Below are positions 1 to 10,433 of a stretch of 64,000 nt of DNA, piece after piece; position 1 is the first letter of the stretch, and every line of letters begins with the position of its first letter. Where the stretch lies: NCBI GenBank assembly GCA_002687175.1, contig NYZP01000030.1:227-64226 (forward strand), in the 5' to 3' direction. The position numbers and the translations under genes are program-made. The notes under the pieces are model-generated. The model was not told where the DNA came from, ran no database searches, and saw nothing but the letters and a program-made list of their open reading frames with translations. The DNA is from Parcubacteria group bacterium (GTDB lineage Bacteria > Patescibacteriota > Patescibacteriia > Buchananbacterales > UBA6539).

Positions 1-21
1 TTATGTTTAAAGATAAATATT

Positions 22-285
22 ATGACCAATAAGATAAGTGAAAACTCTAACCGGGTGAAAAAAATTACTTGCAGAGCTATGGGCGGTGCCTGTGATCACG
101 AGATCACTGGGGAAACTGCCGATGAAATGATTCAAAAATCACAGCAACATGGTATGGAAGCCGTTAACAATGGTGATCAAGCTCATATGGAAGCTATGGA
201 AAAAATGAAAAATATGAGTCCAGAAGATCAAGGAAAGTTTGGAGAAGATTTTAAGAATAAGTTTGATTCTTTGTCAGACGCTTAA
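22..285 (+). CDS. DUF1059-like small protein
   Basis: Motif ITCRAMGGACDHEITGETADEM...H matches the DUF1059 C-x-C...H pattern. Confidence 0.6.
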   Translation: MTNKISENSNRVKKITCRAMGGACDHEITGETADEMIQKSQQHGMEAVNNGDQAHMEAMEKMKNMSPEDQGKFGEDFKNKFDSLSDA

Positions 286-310
286 AAATATTTGAAGTTT
301 ATTGTAACTA

Positions 311-340
311 AAAACCGTCACCTTAGAAGGTGACGGTTTT
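311..340. terminator. Bidirectional intrinsic terminator
   Basis: aaaaccgtcacctt-ag-aaggtgacggtttt perfect inverted repeat between convergent genes. Confidence 0.8.
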
Positions 341-361
341 AAAATTGATTTTCGTATAAAA

Positions 362-961
362 TTAATCGCCATTTAGTGAAGTCATAAGATTTCTTTTTCG
401 AACTTCAATTACTAAATCAACTTTATCTTCATCAATACCCTTTGCTATTGCTTCCTGTTTTAATTTTTCAATTGCTGCAGTTAATTCTTCTGGTATAGTA
501 CCTTCTTTATAGTCGGTTTCTCTTAAACTTCTACGGTCTTCAAATCCTTTAGCTTCTGGATAGTGTTCTACTTCAAGTATTTGGATGTCTTTAGATAGTT
601 TTTCTAAAAGTGTATAAGTGAATTCTGCTGGCTCCTTATCAAGTATTGCAGATTCATTTTCTTGATGAAATTTTTGAGTTTTACTACGCATAATTCCAGT
701 TTCACCAAACATTTCGGATAGTTCATTTAAAACTTTGTCTCTTTCTTCCACTAGAGATGAACCCTTATCTTCCTTTTGAAGCTTTTCATATTGAGCTTGA
801 GCCTTTTTATTATCAATTTCTTCATTACTCTCGGCTAAGGCAACTGAACCCCACTCATAACCTATTTCTGCCAATTTGTTTTTAATTTCCATGTATTTTC
901 GAACAAGCCCTTTAGCCGCCGCTTCTTGCTCTGGGCCAATTTCTACTTCCATTTTCGTCAT
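362..961 (-). CDS. Hypothetical Glu/Lys-rich helical protein
   Basis: 199-aa ORF; upstream ttgaca-type promoter on minus strand; no recognised motif. Confidence 0.7.
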   Translation of the reverse strand: MTKMEVEIGPEQEAAAKGLVRKYMEIKNKLAEIGYEWGSVALAESNEEIDNKKAQAQYEKLQKEDKGSSLVEERDKVLNELSEMFGETGIMRSKTQKFHQENESAILDKEPAEFTYTLLEKLSKDIQILEVEHYPEAKGFEDRRSLRETDYKEGTIPEELTAAIEKLKQEAIAKGIDEDKVDLVIEVRKRNLMTSLNGD

Positions 962-1048
962 ATAATAAATTATTACTAATAATAATTATATCTTAGCATT
1001 TTTGAATACTGTGTCAATCAATAACTATTTTATGGTAAACTATGATGT

Positions 1049-1678
1049 ATGAAGATACTTCTAACCTCAAGTGGTCTATTTATCCCTAAATTTTTACCAG
1101 CAATAGTTAAAAAGCCAATTGAACAAGCTAAAATTGGATGGGTGACTACTGCTTCAAAAGGTGTTGAAGATTTAACATATCTTGGACAACATCGAGATAT
1201 GATGAATGAGCTGGGATGGAATTTCGAAGAAATTGATATTGATGGAAAATCTCAAGCTGAATTAAGAAAATTGTTTTCTGATAAAGATGTTGTTCATGTT
1301 GAAGGTGGAAATACCAACTATCTCTTAATGGCAATTAGAAAAACAGGCTTTGATCAAATAATTAAAGAGTTAATTGAAAGAGGTGTGATATATGTCGGTT
1401 CCAGCGCCGGTAGTTATATTATGTGCCCAACCATTGAAATGGCTACCTGGAAAAAGGATAATAAACCGAGATATGGTTTGAAAGATTTAACTGGCTTAAA
1501 TTATGTTCCATTTTTATTATTTGCTCACTATAAACCTGAATATGATGAAATTTTAAAAAAGGCACTTAAGAATATTAAGTATCCTCTAAAAATTATTACT
1601 GACAAACAAGCTATACTTGTTGATGACAAAAAAGTAGAGCTGCTTGGAGAAGGTGAAGAAATAAAACTTAATTTATGA
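1049..1678 (+). CDS. Peptidase E / S51 family (class I glutamine amidotransferase-like)
   Basis: VEGGNT and GSSAG nucleophile motif, LLTSSG N-terminus, AHY. Confidence 0.85.
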   Translation: MKILLTSSGLFIPKFLPAIVKKPIEQAKIGWVTTASKGVEDLTYLGQHRDMMNELGWNFEEIDIDGKSQAELRKLFSDKDVVHVEGGNTNYLLMAIRKTGFDQIIKELIERGVIYVGSSAGSYIMCPTIEMATWKKDNKPRYGLKDLTGLNYVPFLLFAHYKPEYDEILKKALKNIKYPLKIITDKQAILVDDKKVELLGEGEEIKLNL

Positions 1679-2169
1679 GAGTTCCCATTAGAAAACCCGG
1701 TAAATTTACCCACCAAAAAGCTGATCATAATTTAACTCAGGCTAAGCTTGATGAGCTTAAAGAAAAGTTGAAGAGGGTCAAGGCTAGTCACAAACCAGCA
1801 GCTGAAGAACTGGCTCGACTTAGAGAATTAGGTGATTTATCGGAAAACGCTGCTTATCAAATAGCCAAAGGAAAGTTAAGAGGTATTAATCAGCGAATTA
1901 CTGATTTAACTAATCAAATTAATTACGCCGTGGTAATTAAACCAGCAAATTCTGGAGTGGTTCAGTTGGGCAATACTGTGACTGTTAAAATTAATGGTGA
2001 GGAAAAAGAATATTTAATTTTAGGATCAAATGAAGCTGATCCGGGCCGTAATATTATTTCTCATAATTCACCAATTGGTGCAGCTTTAATGGGACGGCGA
2101 AAAGGGGACGAGATAGAAGTTGAACAACGAAAAAATATTATTAAATTCAAGATTATTAAAATTATTTAA
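1675..2169 (+). CDS. greA: GreA/GreB family transcription elongation factor
   Basis: GDLSENAAY motif and C-terminal ISHNSPIGAALMG. Confidence 0.85.
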   Translation: MRVPIRKPGKFTHQKADHNLTQAKLDELKEKLKRVKASHKPAAEELARLRELGDLSENAAYQIAKGKLRGINQRITDLTNQINYAVVIKPANSGVVQLGNTVTVKINGEEKEYLILGSNEADPGRNIISHNSPIGAALMGRRKGDEIEVEQRKNIIKFKIIKII

Positions 2170-2178
2170 AATTCAACT

Positions 2179-2892
2179 ATGCAAATCATTGTCTTAGATA
2201 CTGAAACCACAAATCTGGACGACAAAGCCAGATTGGTTCAACTAGCATACAAAAATATGAATACTGGAGAGGAAGTTGACCAGTATTTTAAACCACCAGT
2301 ACCAATTTCTTTTGGTGCCATGGCGACACATCATATAACTGAAGAAATGATTGCTGACAAGCCTCAATTTGACGGTAGTGATCAGCAAAGCAAAATTATA
2401 AGTCTACTTGAAGATAATATTTTAGTAGCCCACAATGCACTGTTTGATATTAATATTTTAAGAAACGAAGGGGTACGCACACATCAATATATTGATACCT
2501 TACGTTTGTCCATGCATTTGCTAGATACCGAGCAATATAAACTTCAGTTTTTAAGATATGCCTTGGGTTTGAAGGTTAAAGGCACGGCTCATAATGCCCT
2601 CGGAGACATAGCAGTTCTGGAACTTTTATTTAATCATTTAATAAATGAAGCAAAAGAAAAATTTTCTTTAAGTTCCGATGAAGAGATTTTTGGTAAAATG
2701 ATTGAGCTAACCAAAACACCTGTGCTTTTAAAAAAATTTGCTTTTGGTAAACATGCCGGAAAAACATTTGAGCAAGTCAATGAAACTGATCAAGGTTATT
2801 TGAAATGGCTTTATGAAAGTGAGTCAAAGAAACCTCAGCTTAAGCAAAGTGAGGAATTAGTTTATACTTTAAAAAAGTATTTAAATTTATAA
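2179..2892 (+). CDS. DEDDh 3'-5' exonuclease (ExoX-like) with C-terminal FGKH domain
   Basis: LDTETT, VAHNALFD, HNALGD motifs; FAFGKHAGK...YLKWL tail. Confidence 0.85.
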   Translation: MQIIVLDTETTNLDDKARLVQLAYKNMNTGEEVDQYFKPPVPISFGAMATHHITEEMIADKPQFDGSDQQSKIISLLEDNILVAHNALFDINILRNEGVRTHQYIDTLRLSMHLLDTEQYKLQFLRYALGLKVKGTAHNALGDIAVLELLFNHLINEAKEKFSLSSDEEIFGKMIELTKTPVLLKKFAFGKHAGKTFEQVNETDQGYLKWLYESESKKPQLKQSEELVYTLKKYLNL

Positions 2893-2896
2893 TAGT

Positions 2897-3091
2897 ATGG
2901 ATGGAAATATTAGAGAAAATATAGAGCCAGGTCAAGAGGTTGATATTGTGTTAAAACATCATCAACACAGCGGTGAACTAACCCGAGGGATTGTCGCTGA
3001 TATTTTAACCAAATCGTTGGATCATCCTCACGGGATCAAGGTTAGATTAGAAACAGGAGAAGTTGGCAGAGTCCAAGAGATTATTGAATAA
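2897..3091 (+). CDS. YwbE family (DUF2196) protein
   Basis: LTRGIVADILTKS..HPHGIKVRLETGEVGRV signature. Confidence 0.85.
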   Translation: MDGNIRENIEPGQEVDIVLKHHQHSGELTRGIVADILTKSLDHPHGIKVRLETGEVGRVQEIIE

Positions 3092-3103
3092 ATATTACTA
3101 TTT

Positions 3104-3137
3104 AAAAAAAGCCCCGCCTTGAGAGACGGGGTTTTTT
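3104..3137. terminator. Bidirectional intrinsic terminator
   Basis: A-run, gccccgcct-tgag-agacggggt stem, T-run. Confidence 0.75.
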
Positions 3138-3283
3138 AAAGACTTTGAAAGACTAATTTATGATTTCATCCGATAGCTTTCAACCAGTCGGTTTTCTTTC
3201 AAAATCTTAATTCTTAAATATATATTTTTAAAGAATAGATCACTATACACTATCTAAGTTTTTTTGTCAATAGTGGTAGTTTT

Positions 3284-5077
3284 TTAGCCTTTTCTGGAAG
3301 CTCTTATTCTATCAACTTCTTTTAACTGCTGTTTTCGTAATCTAACACTTTTTGGCGTAATTTCTAAATATTCATCATCATTCATAATTTCCATCCCACT
3401 TTCAATGGTAAGTTCTAACGGTGGTGTTAAAGCAATAGCTTCGTCGGCTCCGGAAGAACGCATGTTAGTTAGTTGCTTACCTTTAATAGGGTTAACTGCC
3501 ATATCATCGCCTTTAGAGGCATCGCCAATAACCATGCCTTCATAGACCTCAGTGGTTGGGGCAATATAAAGCTGACCACGAGTTTGTAAATTATTTAGCG
3601 AAAATCCTAAGGCTTTTCCGGTTGCCATGGAAATCATAGAGCCAGTTGATCGTTTGGTGATTGCTCCAGCATGAGGTTTAAAATCAATGACCCGTGAGGC
3701 CATGATACCAGCACCTTTAGTATCAACAATAAACTCACCACGATAGCCTAAAAGGCCACGAGTGGGAATTTCAAACAGTAAACGGGTTTGGCCATTATGC
3801 TGATTCATGTCAGTCATTTTGCCACCACGCTTGGACAGTTTTTCAATGACCGCACCGGAGGATTCGGTTGGCGTATCAATTGTTACTTCTTCAAATGGCT
3901 CAAATTTTTTACCCTCAATTTCTTTAGTAATAACCTGAGGTTGAGAAATTTGCATTTCATAGCCTTGGCGTCTCATATTTTCTAATAATATGGCAATATG
4001 CATTTCGCCACGGCCGTGGATGCGGTAACGGTCTTTGGCTGAAAAATCAATATTCAAACCAACATTAACTTCCAACTCTTTTTTTAATCGTTCATCAAGT
4101 TGACTGTTGGTAACAAAAGTTCCTTCTTTGCCGGCAAAAGGAGAGTTGTTAACTAATAGGTCTAAAGAAATTGTTGGTTCGTCAATTGAAATAGCTGGTA
4201 AAGCTTCTTGGTATTCAGTTTCACAAATTGTTTCACCGATATCAATGTCGGAAATACCAGCAGCCATAATAATGTCTCCGGCTTTGGCTGTTTCTACTTC
4301 TTTTCTATCGAAACCTTCAAAGGTAAATAATTTTGTAATACTGGCCTTACGATTTTCTCCTTTACTGTTTTTAATAACTACTTTTTGAGCTTTAGCAATG
4401 GTACCTTCATATATACGGCCAACCGCTAACCGACCTAAATAATCATCATAAGCTAAATTAAAAGGTTGCATCCGCAACTGTGCTTCAACATCATTAGGAG
4501 CAGGGGAGACATATTCTAAAATGGTATCTAACAACGGATCCATATTATCAGAATTATCATCTAAATTTTTTTTAGCTAAACCTTGGACACCAATTGAGTA
4601 AACGGTAATGAAATCAAGTTGATCATCATTGGCACCTAAATCCATGAAAAGTTCTAATACTTGATCATGTGCTTTGTGAGGATCTGCTGCTGGTTTATCA
4701 ATTTTATTTAAAACAACAATTGGCTTTAAACCAAGCTCTAAAGATTTTTTTAAAACAAATCTGGTTTGAGGCATTGGTCCTTCTTGAGCATCAACAATTA
4801 ATAGTACTGAATCAATGGAACGCAAAACACGCTCAACTTCTGAACTGAAGTCAGCGTGACCAGGAGTATCAACAATATTAATTTTAGTATCCTTATATAT
4901 TAATGAAGCGTTCTTGGCATAAATTGTAATACCTCGTTCTTGTTCTAAGGTATCAGAATCCATGCTAACGCCGTCACCAATCATCCCAGTTTGTTTCATC
5001 ATGGCATCAACCAAAGTTGTCTTTCCATGATCAACGTGAGCAATGATCGCTATATTTCTAGTTTCTTTATAATTCAT
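3284..5077 (-). CDS. typA: Translational GTPase TypA/BipA
   Basis: RNIAIIAHVDHGKTTLVD, ERGITI, DTPGHADF, C-terminal DDEYLEITPKSVRLRK. Confidence 0.97.
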   Translation of the reverse strand: MNYKETRNIAIIAHVDHGKTTLVDAMMKQTGMIGDGVSMDSDTLEQERGITIYAKNASLIYKDTKINIVDTPGHADFSSEVERVLRSIDSVLLIVDAQEGPMPQTRFVLKKSLELGLKPIVVLNKIDKPAADPHKAHDQVLELFMDLGANDDQLDFITVYSIGVQGLAKKNLDDNSDNMDPLLDTILEYVSPAPNDVEAQLRMQPFNLAYDDYLGRLAVGRIYEGTIAKAQKVVIKNSKGENRKASITKLFTFEGFDRKEVETAKAGDIIMAAGISDIDIGETICETEYQEALPAISIDEPTISLDLLVNNSPFAGKEGTFVTNSQLDERLKKELEVNVGLNIDFSAKDRYRIHGRGEMHIAILLENMRRQGYEMQISQPQVITKEIEGKKFEPFEEVTIDTPTESSGAVIEKLSKRGGKMTDMNQHNGQTRLLFEIPTRGLLGYRGEFIVDTKGAGIMASRVIDFKPHAGAITKRSTGSMISMATGKALGFSLNNLQTRGQLYIAPTTEVYEGMVIGDASKGDDMAVNPIKGKQLTNMRSSGADEAIALTPPLELTIESGMEIMNDDEYLEITPKSVRLRKQQLKEVDRIRASRKG

Positions 5078-5228
5078 CGTTTAGGTTTTTAGCTTGTAGC
5101 TTTTTAGGCTTTTTAAAAAATAAAAAGGTCGCTAAATTGACCTTGTAATCAAAAACTTAATATAGCACTAATTTTTGACTTTGTCAATGAAAATCGTCAA
5201 AACTTGTTGTTTTTGGTATAATGAATTC

Positions 5229-6914
5229 ATGAAGAGGATATTCAAATCTAAAATTTTTTGGGTCATCATAGTCCTTTTAGTAATTGGAGGACTTGCTTTG
5301 GTTCAATTTTTAGTCAGTAGACAGCAGATAGAATATATCACTGAAGAGGTAAAAATTGGCGATGTTAAGCAAACTGTATCGGCTACTGGTCAACTAAAGT
5401 CAGCCATCGATATTGAACTAAATTTTAAAACTACCGGAAGATTAAATTCGTTGAATGTTTTTGTTGGTAGCAAGATAATAAAAGGCCAGCAGTTAGCTAC
5501 CTTAAGAGCGGTTGATTTACAAATTGATATAAATATCGCTAAGGCGAACTTACTTGAAGCTCAAGCAAATTTACAGAAAATTTTAGCAGGTGCGACTAGA
5601 GAGGAAGTAGCTTTAAAAGAAGCAGAAGTAGCTAAGTCTGAATCAGCCTTAACAAGTGCTAAATCAGATTTAATTAATAATGAAATTATATATACTCAAG
5701 CATTAAATAATGCTGAGGACAATTTGTTAAGGGATATTAACAGTTCATTAAGTAAAGCCAGTTTTTCTTTGCAGGAAATGGACGACACTATAAATTTTGA
5801 AGGTAACGCAAATAATTTTAATACTTTTAATGGTAGTTTAGAAAATAGTTTTTTATTAAGTTATGACATAGCTAAAGAAAAATTTAGCATTGCCGATGAG
5901 TCCTATAGCTTAACTATTGTAAGTCCAACTAAACAAAACATCGAAATTACTGCTGATCGGACACTAAGTGCATTAATGCAGGTCAGTGATACTTTAGATG
6001 ATTTGAGTAGTTTATTGGACTTTGTTTTAACTAATGCCAATCTAACTATAACCAAATTAGATACTTTAAAAACAACTATTAATACTGAGCGAACAACAAC
6101 CAATACCAGCATTGATACGGTGGTAACTGAAAACCAAGATTTAATCGATGCTCAAATCGATTATGATACTAAAATCGTTGATACCCAAAACGATATCAAT
6201 GAAGCCGAAAAAGCACTGGTTAAAGCACAGGCTGATCTTAATTTAATCAAAGCACCGGCTAGATCAGAAGATATTTTATTAGCCCAAGCTAAAGTGAGCA
6301 AAGCTGAAGCTGATTTGGCTCAGGCCCAAGAGGGTTTATCCGATACAATTATTATTGCTCCACAAGATGGGATTATTACTAATATTAACTATGAAATTGG
6401 TGAACAAACTTCATTAACCACAGCAATCATTGAAATGTCGGCCAGTAAAAATTTTAAAATAGAAGTTGATATACCAGAAAGTGACATAGCCAAAGTGGAA
6501 GTTGGTGATTTTATCAATGTGACCCTAGATGCTTTTACTGAGGATGATATTTTTAAAGCTGAAGTTGTTAGTATTGATCCAGCGGAAACTGAAATTCAAG
6601 ATGTTATCTATTTTAACGTCACTGCACTATTGAACGATTCTCAAGATGAATCAATCGCTGAGTTAATACCAAAGATTAAACCAGGAATGACCGCTAATAT
6701 TGAAATTTCTACGGCTGAAGTAAATAATGTTTTAATTATTCCATTTCGAGCAGTTAAAGAAATTGAAGGCCGAAAAATAGTTGAGGTTTTAGAAAATGAA
6801 AAACCTCGAGAAGTTACTATTAGTACTGGTTTACGTGGTGATGAAGGAGAAGTTGAAGTAACTTCAGGTTTAAATGTTGGCCAAAATGTTATAACTTCGG
6901 TAAGAGAAAAGTAA
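5229..6914 (+). CDS. MacA/HlyD-type membrane fusion protein with long coiled coil
   Basis: N-terminal TM, lipoyl half motifs, IIAPQDGII, IKPGMTA; ATG 5229 follows tataat (track start 5175 is TTG). Confidence 0.85.
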   Translation: MKRIFKSKIFWVIIVLLVIGGLALVQFLVSRQQIEYITEEVKIGDVKQTVSATGQLKSAIDIELNFKTTGRLNSLNVFVGSKIIKGQQLATLRAVDLQIDINIAKANLLEAQANLQKILAGATREEVALKEAEVAKSESALTSAKSDLINNEIIYTQALNNAEDNLLRDINSSLSKASFSLQEMDDTINFEGNANNFNTFNGSLENSFLLSYDIAKEKFSIADESYSLTIVSPTKQNIEITADRTLSALMQVSDTLDDLSSLLDFVLTNANLTITKLDTLKTTINTERTTTNTSIDTVVTENQDLIDAQIDYDTKIVDTQNDINEAEKALVKAQADLNLIKAPARSEDILLAQAKVSKAEADLAQAQEGLSDTIIIAPQDGIITNINYEIGEQTSLTTAIIEMSASKNFKIEVDIPESDIAKVEVGDFINVTLDAFTEDDIFKAEVVSIDPAETEIQDVIYFNVTALLNDSQDESIAELIPKIKPGMTANIEISTAEVNNVLIIPFRAVKEIEGRKIVEVLENEKPREVTISTGLRGDEGEVEVTSGLNVGQNVITSVREK

Positions 6915-6933
6915 ATTCAAATAAAACAAAATT

Positions 6934-7662
6934 ATGCAAGAAAGGAAATTAATTTCCGTTAAGGGACTAAAAAAAGAATTTGTCTCTGGTGAAGTGGTTA
7001 CTAAAGTTTTGAAAGGTCTTGATTTCGAAATTGCTAAGGGTGAATTTATAGCCATAATGGGGCCATCAGGCTCAGGAAAATCAACGTTAATGCACGTCTT
7101 AGGATTTTTAGAAAGATTGACCGAAGGTCAATATTTTTTTGATAATGAGGATATTTCACAATTTACTGACGAAAAATTAGCAAAGTATCGAAATAATAAA
7201 ATCGGTTTTATTTTTCAAACTTATAATTTACTTCCTAAAACCTCAATTTACGACAACGTTAAATTGCCCTTGATTTACGCTGATATAAAATCAAACGAAA
7301 TGGACAAGAGAGTTAAGCAGGCAGTAGCAGCAGTTGGTTTGACTCATCGTATAGATTTTTTATCAAACCAATTATCTGGTGGCGAGCAACAACGAGTAGC
7401 CATTGCTCGGGCCTTGGTCAATAACCCAAGTGTTATTTTTGCTGATGAACCAACCGGAAATTTAGATTCAACAGCCGGACAACAAATTATGAAGATTATC
7501 CAAGACTTAAACAAGAAAGGTAGGACTATAATATTGGTTACTCATGAACAAGATACTGCCGAACATGCTAAACGAATCATCCACATCAAAGACGGATTAA
7601 TTGAAAGTGATAAAAATGTTAAAAATCAACGCAATGCCATGAATCACAAATTACAGAAGTAG
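6934..7662 (+). CDS. ABC transporter ATP-binding protein (MacB/LolD-like)
   Basis: [37 protein letters not shown]. Confidence 0.95.
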   Translation: MQERKLISVKGLKKEFVSGEVVTKVLKGLDFEIAKGEFIAIMGPSGSGKSTLMHVLGFLERLTEGQYFFDNEDISQFTDEKLAKYRNNKIGFIFQTYNLLPKTSIYDNVKLPLIYADIKSNEMDKRVKQAVAAVGLTHRIDFLSNQLSGGEQQRVAIARALVNNPSVIFADEPTGNLDSTAGQQIMKIIQDLNKKGRTIILVTHEQDTAEHAKRIIHIKDGLIESDKNVKNQRNAMNHKLQK

Positions 7663-7664
7663 TT

Positions 7665-8906
7665 ATGAATTTAATTGAAAGTTTCATTAGTAGTATTAAA
7701 AATATCAGAGCGCATAAACTGCGTTCGTTTTTAACTATGCTCGGAATGATTATTGGAATTTCAGCAGTAATTATTATTTTATCACTTGGCGCTGGAGCTC
7801 AAGGTTTAATTTTAGATCAAATCAGTGGAGTCGGTACGAATTTAATTGGTGTATTACCAGGTCAGGCCGAAGAAGATGGTCCACCGGCCTCTATTTTAGG
7901 CATTACTGTTACTACCTTAAAATTCGAAGATGCCCAGGCTATTGGTGAAAGTCGGAACGCCCCAAATGTTCAGGATGTGGCTGCTTATGTTCGGGGAACT
8001 GCCACGGTAGTTTATCGCAATAAGGATGTAGGAACCAGCTTTACTGGCACAACCGCTAGTTATTTAGATGTTGAAGAAACTGATGTTAAACAAGGAAGAT
8101 TTTTTGATCAGTCAGAAGAAGTGGGCATTCATCGGGTAGCCGTTTTAGGTAGCACATTAACTAAAGATTTATTTGGTGAACAAAATCCAATCGGTCAAAA
8201 TATTAAAATTAAAAAAGAACTTTTTCGAGTAGTAGGTGTAATGAAAGAAAGGGGAAGTAGTTTTTTTGTAAATCAAGACGATGAGATTTTTGTTCCTTTA
8301 CAGACAGCCCAAAAGATTTTGTTGGGAATTAATCATTTAAATTTTATTAGAGCCAAAATTGATAGCCCAGAAAATATTGAACAAAGCCTCGAAGATATTA
8401 AAGTAACTCTTAGGGAAAAACATGACATTGATAATCCTGAAGAAGATGATTTTACAGTCAGAAGTACCCAAACAGCCACTGATATATTAACCCAAGTAAC
8501 CAATGCTTTAAAATTTTTCCTAGTCGCTATTGCTTCGATTGCTTTAATCGTCGGTGGTATTGGCATTATGAATATAATGTTAGTGGTGGTGAACGAACGA
8601 ATAAGGGAAATCGGTCTACGTAAGGCTTTAGGGGCCACTAGGAAAGATGTTATCGGTCAATTTATCATGGAAACGGTTATAATCTCACTAATCGGCGGAG
8701 TAATTGGTATTATCATTGGAGCCTTAATTTCAGTTATTATTTCACTAGTGATTAATTATTTAGGTTTTTCTTGGCAGTTAGTAATTTCTTTAAGTTCAAT
8801 ACTAATTGCTGTAACATTTTCAATTATCGTTGGTTTAGTTTTTGGAATTTATCCAGCCTTAAAAGCAGCTAAGCTAGATCCAATTACTGCTTTAAGATAC
8901 GAATAA
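7665..8906 (+). CDS. MacB-like ABC permease (FtsX family)
   Basis: LRSFLTMLGMIIG, VGGIGIMNIM, ERIREIGLRKALGA, PALKAAKLDPITALRYE. Confidence 0.92.
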   Translation: MNLIESFISSIKNIRAHKLRSFLTMLGMIIGISAVIIILSLGAGAQGLILDQISGVGTNLIGVLPGQAEEDGPPASILGITVTTLKFEDAQAIGESRNAPNVQDVAAYVRGTATVVYRNKDVGTSFTGTTASYLDVEETDVKQGRFFDQSEEVGIHRVAVLGSTLTKDLFGEQNPIGQNIKIKKELFRVVGVMKERGSSFFVNQDDEIFVPLQTAQKILLGINHLNFIRAKIDSPENIEQSLEDIKVTLREKHDIDNPEEDDFTVRSTQTATDILTQVTNALKFFLVAIASIALIVGGIGIMNIMLVVVNERIREIGLRKALGATRKDVIGQFIMETVIISLIGGVIGIIIGALISVIISLVINYLGFSWQLVISLSSILIAVTFSIIVGLVFGIYPALKAAKLDPITALRYE

Positions 8907-8907
8907 T

Positions 8908-10155
8908 ATGATTTCTGAGTCATTAAAAATTGCAATTGATGCTTTAAAGAATAATTTATCACGAACGGTCTTAACCGTACTGGGTATTGTAATTGGAATT
9001 TCTTCAGTGATTACCGTTATTGCGGTAGGGCAAGGTATTAAACAATTTGTTGTTAAACAAGTTGAGGGTTTTGGACCTGACTTAATTGAAGTTGAAATTA
9101 AAGTTCCGTCAGCCGGTAAAACTTCTTCGGAAAATGCCGTTGGCATCGCAACTGGTATTGAAATTACGACCTTAACAATTAATGATCAGCAAGCAATTAA
9201 TAAATTGCCTAATATCAAAAATTCTTATGCCGGTTCAATTGGCCAACAAATTGTTTCATTTGAGGATAAAAATAAACAAGTTTTATTATTTGGGGTAACT
9301 TCGGAGTTTATTAATATTGATACCGCTAATGTTGAAACCGGAAGATTTTTTACAGATGATGAGGATCGGTCATTAGCCAATGTAGTTGTCATTGGATCAA
9401 AGGTTAAAGAAGAAATTTTTGGTGATGGTGACCACTTGGGTAAATTAGTAAAAATGGGTAATCAAAAGTTTCGTGTTATTGGTGCCCTTGAGAGTAGGGG
9501 AACTACCTTTGGTTTTGATATGGATGATATGATTTACGTTCCTACCAGAACGTTGCAGAAAAAAATTATGGGTGTTGACCACGTTAGTTTCATGATGGTT
9601 CAAGTTTTTGACAGCACAATAGTTGAAGAAACTGCCGAAGAGATAACCTGGCTATTACGTGACCGGCATGATATTACTGATCCTGATAAAGACGATTTTC
9701 ATGCCACTTCCATGGCAGAAGCCTTAGAAATTCTCGATACGGTATTTTGGGCAATATCACTTTTATTAATAGCTGTAGCCAGTGTCTCATTAATTGTTGG
9801 TGGTGTAGGTATTATGAATATAATGTATGTGTCAGTAATGGAACGGGTGTACGAAATAGGTTTACGTAAAGCTGTTGGTGCTTCCAGAAAAGAAATTTTA
9901 AATCAATTTTTATGGGAAGCAATTATTATTACTTTCTTTGGAGCAGTTATTGGAATAATTGTTGGCGTTATATTATCGTTAATCATTACTTTTGCAGCTA
10001 AATCACAAGGTCTTGATCTACAATTAATCATTTCCTTTTCCTCAATTGTTTTATCTTGTGGCGTAGCTGTTATGATTGGATTGGTTTTTGGTATTTTACC
10101 GGCTCGTACTGCTGCTAAAATGGATGTAATTCAAGCTCTTAGATATAATAAATAG
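8908..10155 (+). CDS. MacB-like ABC permease (second paralog)
   Basis: RTVLTVLGIVIG, VGGVGIMNIM, EIGLRKAVGA motifs. Confidence 0.92.
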   Translation: MISESLKIAIDALKNNLSRTVLTVLGIVIGISSVITVIAVGQGIKQFVVKQVEGFGPDLIEVEIKVPSAGKTSSENAVGIATGIEITTLTINDQQAINKLPNIKNSYAGSIGQQIVSFEDKNKQVLLFGVTSEFINIDTANVETGRFFTDDEDRSLANVVVIGSKVKEEIFGDGDHLGKLVKMGNQKFRVIGALESRGTTFGFDMDDMIYVPTRTLQKKIMGVDHVSFMMVQVFDSTIVEETAEEITWLLRDRHDITDPDKDDFHATSMAEALEILDTVFWAISLLLIAVASVSLIVGGVGIMNIMYVSVMERVYEIGLRKAVGASRKEILNQFLWEAIIITFFGAVIGIIVGVILSLIITFAAKSQGLDLQLIISFSSIVLSCGVAVMIGLVFGILPARTAAKMDVIQALRYNK

Positions 10156-10193
10156 TAAATTTAAAAAAGAATTTGTAAACCAGTCGTTAAAAC

Positions 10194-10394
10194 ATGAAGC
10201 CTCGCGCAAGAGAGAAAAGATACCGTTATACGCCAAGGCATCAGCGCCTTTGGTACAAAATCAAGAGATTTATAAGAAGGCTATCACGGCCTGTAGATGA
10301 CGAGACACTAAAGTGTCTTAAATCTCAAAACAAACAACGACCCCAGGTTTCATTACCCGGGGTCGTTTCACGTCCAAAAAAACGTATATTTTAA
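10194..10394 (+). CDS. Small basic hypothetical protein
   Basis: 66-aa Arg/Lys-rich ORF; its 3' part overlaps a hairpin at about 10338-10367. Confidence 0.4.
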   Translation: MKPRAREKRYRYTPRHQRLWYKIKRFIRRLSRPVDDETLKCLKSQNKQRPQVSLPGVVSRPKKRIF

Positions 10395-10433
10395 TATCTT
10401 TAGTTGATAGAGTATCTCTGTTATAATAGGGAT

